Shown piece by piece: positions 62,229 through 64,000 of a DNA stretch of 64,000 nucleotides. Made by a program: the position numbers and the translations under genes. The first letter of the stretch is position 1. Each line of letters opens with the position of its first letter. The notes beneath the pieces are model-generated. The model did not search any database and was not told the origin of the DNA. It was given only the letters and a program-made list of their open reading frames with translations. The stretch is taken from the NCBI RefSeq assembly GCF_963921235.1, contig NC_086097.1, positions 22,880,001 to 22,944,000 on the forward strand, read 5' to 3'. Source of the DNA: Mobula hypostoma. Taxonomy: Eukaryota.

Positions 62229-62538
62229 TCTCCCCCTCCCCCTCCAACTTTCAAATCCCTTACTCACTCTTCCTTCAGTTAGTCCTGACGAAGGGTCTCG
62301 GCCTGAAACGTCTCCATCCCTCCCCCTCCTGTCTTCTCCTATCATTTTGGATCTCCCCCTCCCCCTCCAACTTTCAAATCCCTTACTCACTCTTCCTTCA
62401 GTTAGTCCTGACAAAGGGTCTCGGCCTGAAACGTCGACTGCACCTCTTCCTAGAGATGCTGCCTGGCCTGCTGCGTTCACCAGCAACTTTTATGTGTGTT
62501 GCTTGAATTTCCAGCATCTGCAGAATTCCTGTTGTTTG
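62229..62538 (+). mobile_element. Partial-tandem Penelope pLTR insertion with two hammerhead motifs
   Basis: 85-nt units 62228-62312 and 62351-62435 differ at one base; inserted between 'ccatata' and 'ctaccctgag' of a Rex1-type tail. Confidence 0.9.
62280..62440 (+). ncRNA. Predicted composite hammerhead ribozyme
   Basis: Core CTGACGA/GAAA from unit 1; ACGT:ACGT stem III between the units; GTC site and stem I (tagtc:gactg) completed by unit 2. Confidence 0.55.
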
Positions 62539-63828
62539 CTACCCTGAGATTCATTTTCTTGCAGGCATTCACAGTAGAACAAAGAAATACAATAGAATCA
62601 ATGAAAAACTGCATACGTGCACATACTGACAAGCAACCGATGTCCAGAAAAGACGAACTGTGCAAATACAAAAATATAATAAAAAAAGAAAGAAAATAGA
62701 TGTACAATTCAATAAATGCACAGTGCAGAGTACCCTGACTGGTAACAGCAATGCCTGGTATTGAAACACCAAAGCACAAGAATGGAAAAGCCTAAAAAAT
62801 GTCGGGATACAGCTCAGTCCATCACAGAAAAAATCCTCCCCAGCATTGAACACATCTCCAGCGCCACTACGTTGAGGTATTGTTACAGACATCATCAGAG
62901 CACTTTCCCTTAATCATTCATGCAATATACAGTTAGACATTTAAACTCTTGTGGTTTTGTTAGGTAAAGGTATTGAGGGTTGCAGAACCGAGGTGGGTAG
63001 ATGGGATGTTGCACAGATTAGTCCACCTTTGGAGTCTTCTAAATAAATATCCAGGAAGACACTCCAGTAATGTATTAAATGGATTTCCAGTTTAGTTAAA
63101 TATTAAAGTTCAATTCTGGGTTCCTGACAACATATCTCCCTCAGTCAGCAATTTCTGAAAAACAATATTTGAACATGTCTACTATAGTAATTGTGAGATC
63201 TTAAGAGCATAGAACATAGAACACTACAGCGCAATACGGGCCCGCAATGTCTTCTACTGTACCTTCTCCAAAGACTCTGCACCCTCTCCTGTAACGGGGT
63301 GGCCAGAATTGCACTCTGCTACTCCAAATGCAGCTGAAGTCAAGTTTTATGTAACTGCAGCCTGAGGTAACTGGAATTAAAATGTTGTTCAATTGTGGTC
63401 TTACTGCACGGTAGAAGAGGGGTAATGGGCTGAACAGTCTGCTCATGTTCACAGATCCAAAGTATTATTCATTCTGTGCTGGGAAGAGCTGGAGTGGTGA
63501 ACAGCAGATGCATAGGGGCAGGGTGCACTGGTGGGGAAGGGGAAGAAAAGCTATTTCTTTCTTTCCTGCAACCTGACAGCTTGCAACTGAAAATATAGGA
63601 GCCGAAATGGTGGGAAATGAGTATGTTATGCATTGAAGTCATTTTTATTCTTAAACCCATGAACATGTCAGTATAACGGTCTTTTGCAGTACCAGGCTGA
63701 GATCTGTTCAACCTATCTGAGCAATGAGGAAGGATTGAAAGAGCAAGGGCTTTTCTCTTTGGAGAGGAGGATGAGAGGTGACATGATAGAAGTGGATAAG
63801 GCGGGTCTGGGGAAGACGGAGTCTGCGT

Positions 63829-64000
63829 GTTCTGTTTTGTAACTTCAAAACTTTAAACTAATTCAAAGGAAGACACGGGAGTCTGGGGATGTAGGTCCAG
63901 CTTTGAGTTTACTTTAAGCAAGGCGCACATGTATCACGTGGTAGGGTGGTGACGTATGCAATTCACGTATTTATACATATAACCTGTGAAGAAATGAACA
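63829..64000 (-). mobile_element. LTR-like repeat running off the window, family of 4839-5090
   Basis: Reverse-complement homology (cacgtgatacatgtgcgccttgcttaaagtaaa...gttacaaaacagaaca). Confidence 0.6.

Noticed and set aside
672..62538. CRISPR-like array from the recurring 'ggaggaactcagcagg' motif
   Set aside because: Dispersed on both strands at irregular spacing and part of the Penelope terminal repeat; no cas genes.
1..64000. Host protein-coding exons among the listed short ORFs
   Set aside because: Every recognisable ORF is transposon-derived; the rest are antisense or low-complexity frames. Tested acceptor candidates (14095, 21600, 25997, 54997) gave no recognisable peptide with a good donor. 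A tiny or UTR exon cannot be excluded.

Overview
Repeat-dense, AT-rich, CpG-depleted vertebrate DNA, intronic or intergenic. The repeat inventory (HE1-like V-SINEs, SacSINE1-like DeuSINEs, many CR1 3' fragments, Penelope-like elements) points to a cartilaginous fish, probably a ray; this is inference. I could not support any host protein-coding exon: every recognisable ORF is transposon-derived. Contents: many 5'-truncated CR1 and Rex1/Babar LINEs, two L2s, one HERO-type restriction-like-endonuclease retrotransposon fragment, a 2.1-kb Neptune-type Penelope element, about 15 Penelope terminal fragments with a minimal hammerhead-ribozyme motif, solo LTRs, Tc1/pogo/hAT derivatives and local duplications. 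Highlights: (1) a tandem Penelope insertion whose first unit stops exactly at the predicted hammerhead cleavage site and whose two units could fold into one complete ribozyme; (2) TSD-flanked fold-back Penelope mini-insertions; (3) a tailless U2 snRNA 5' retrocopy with ~17-bp TSDs and target microhomology; (4) a TIR element with a 6-bp TSD and a duplicated right end; (5) two long unexplained hairpins. Family names come from motif recognition only, with no database search, and boundaries of old repeats are approximate.
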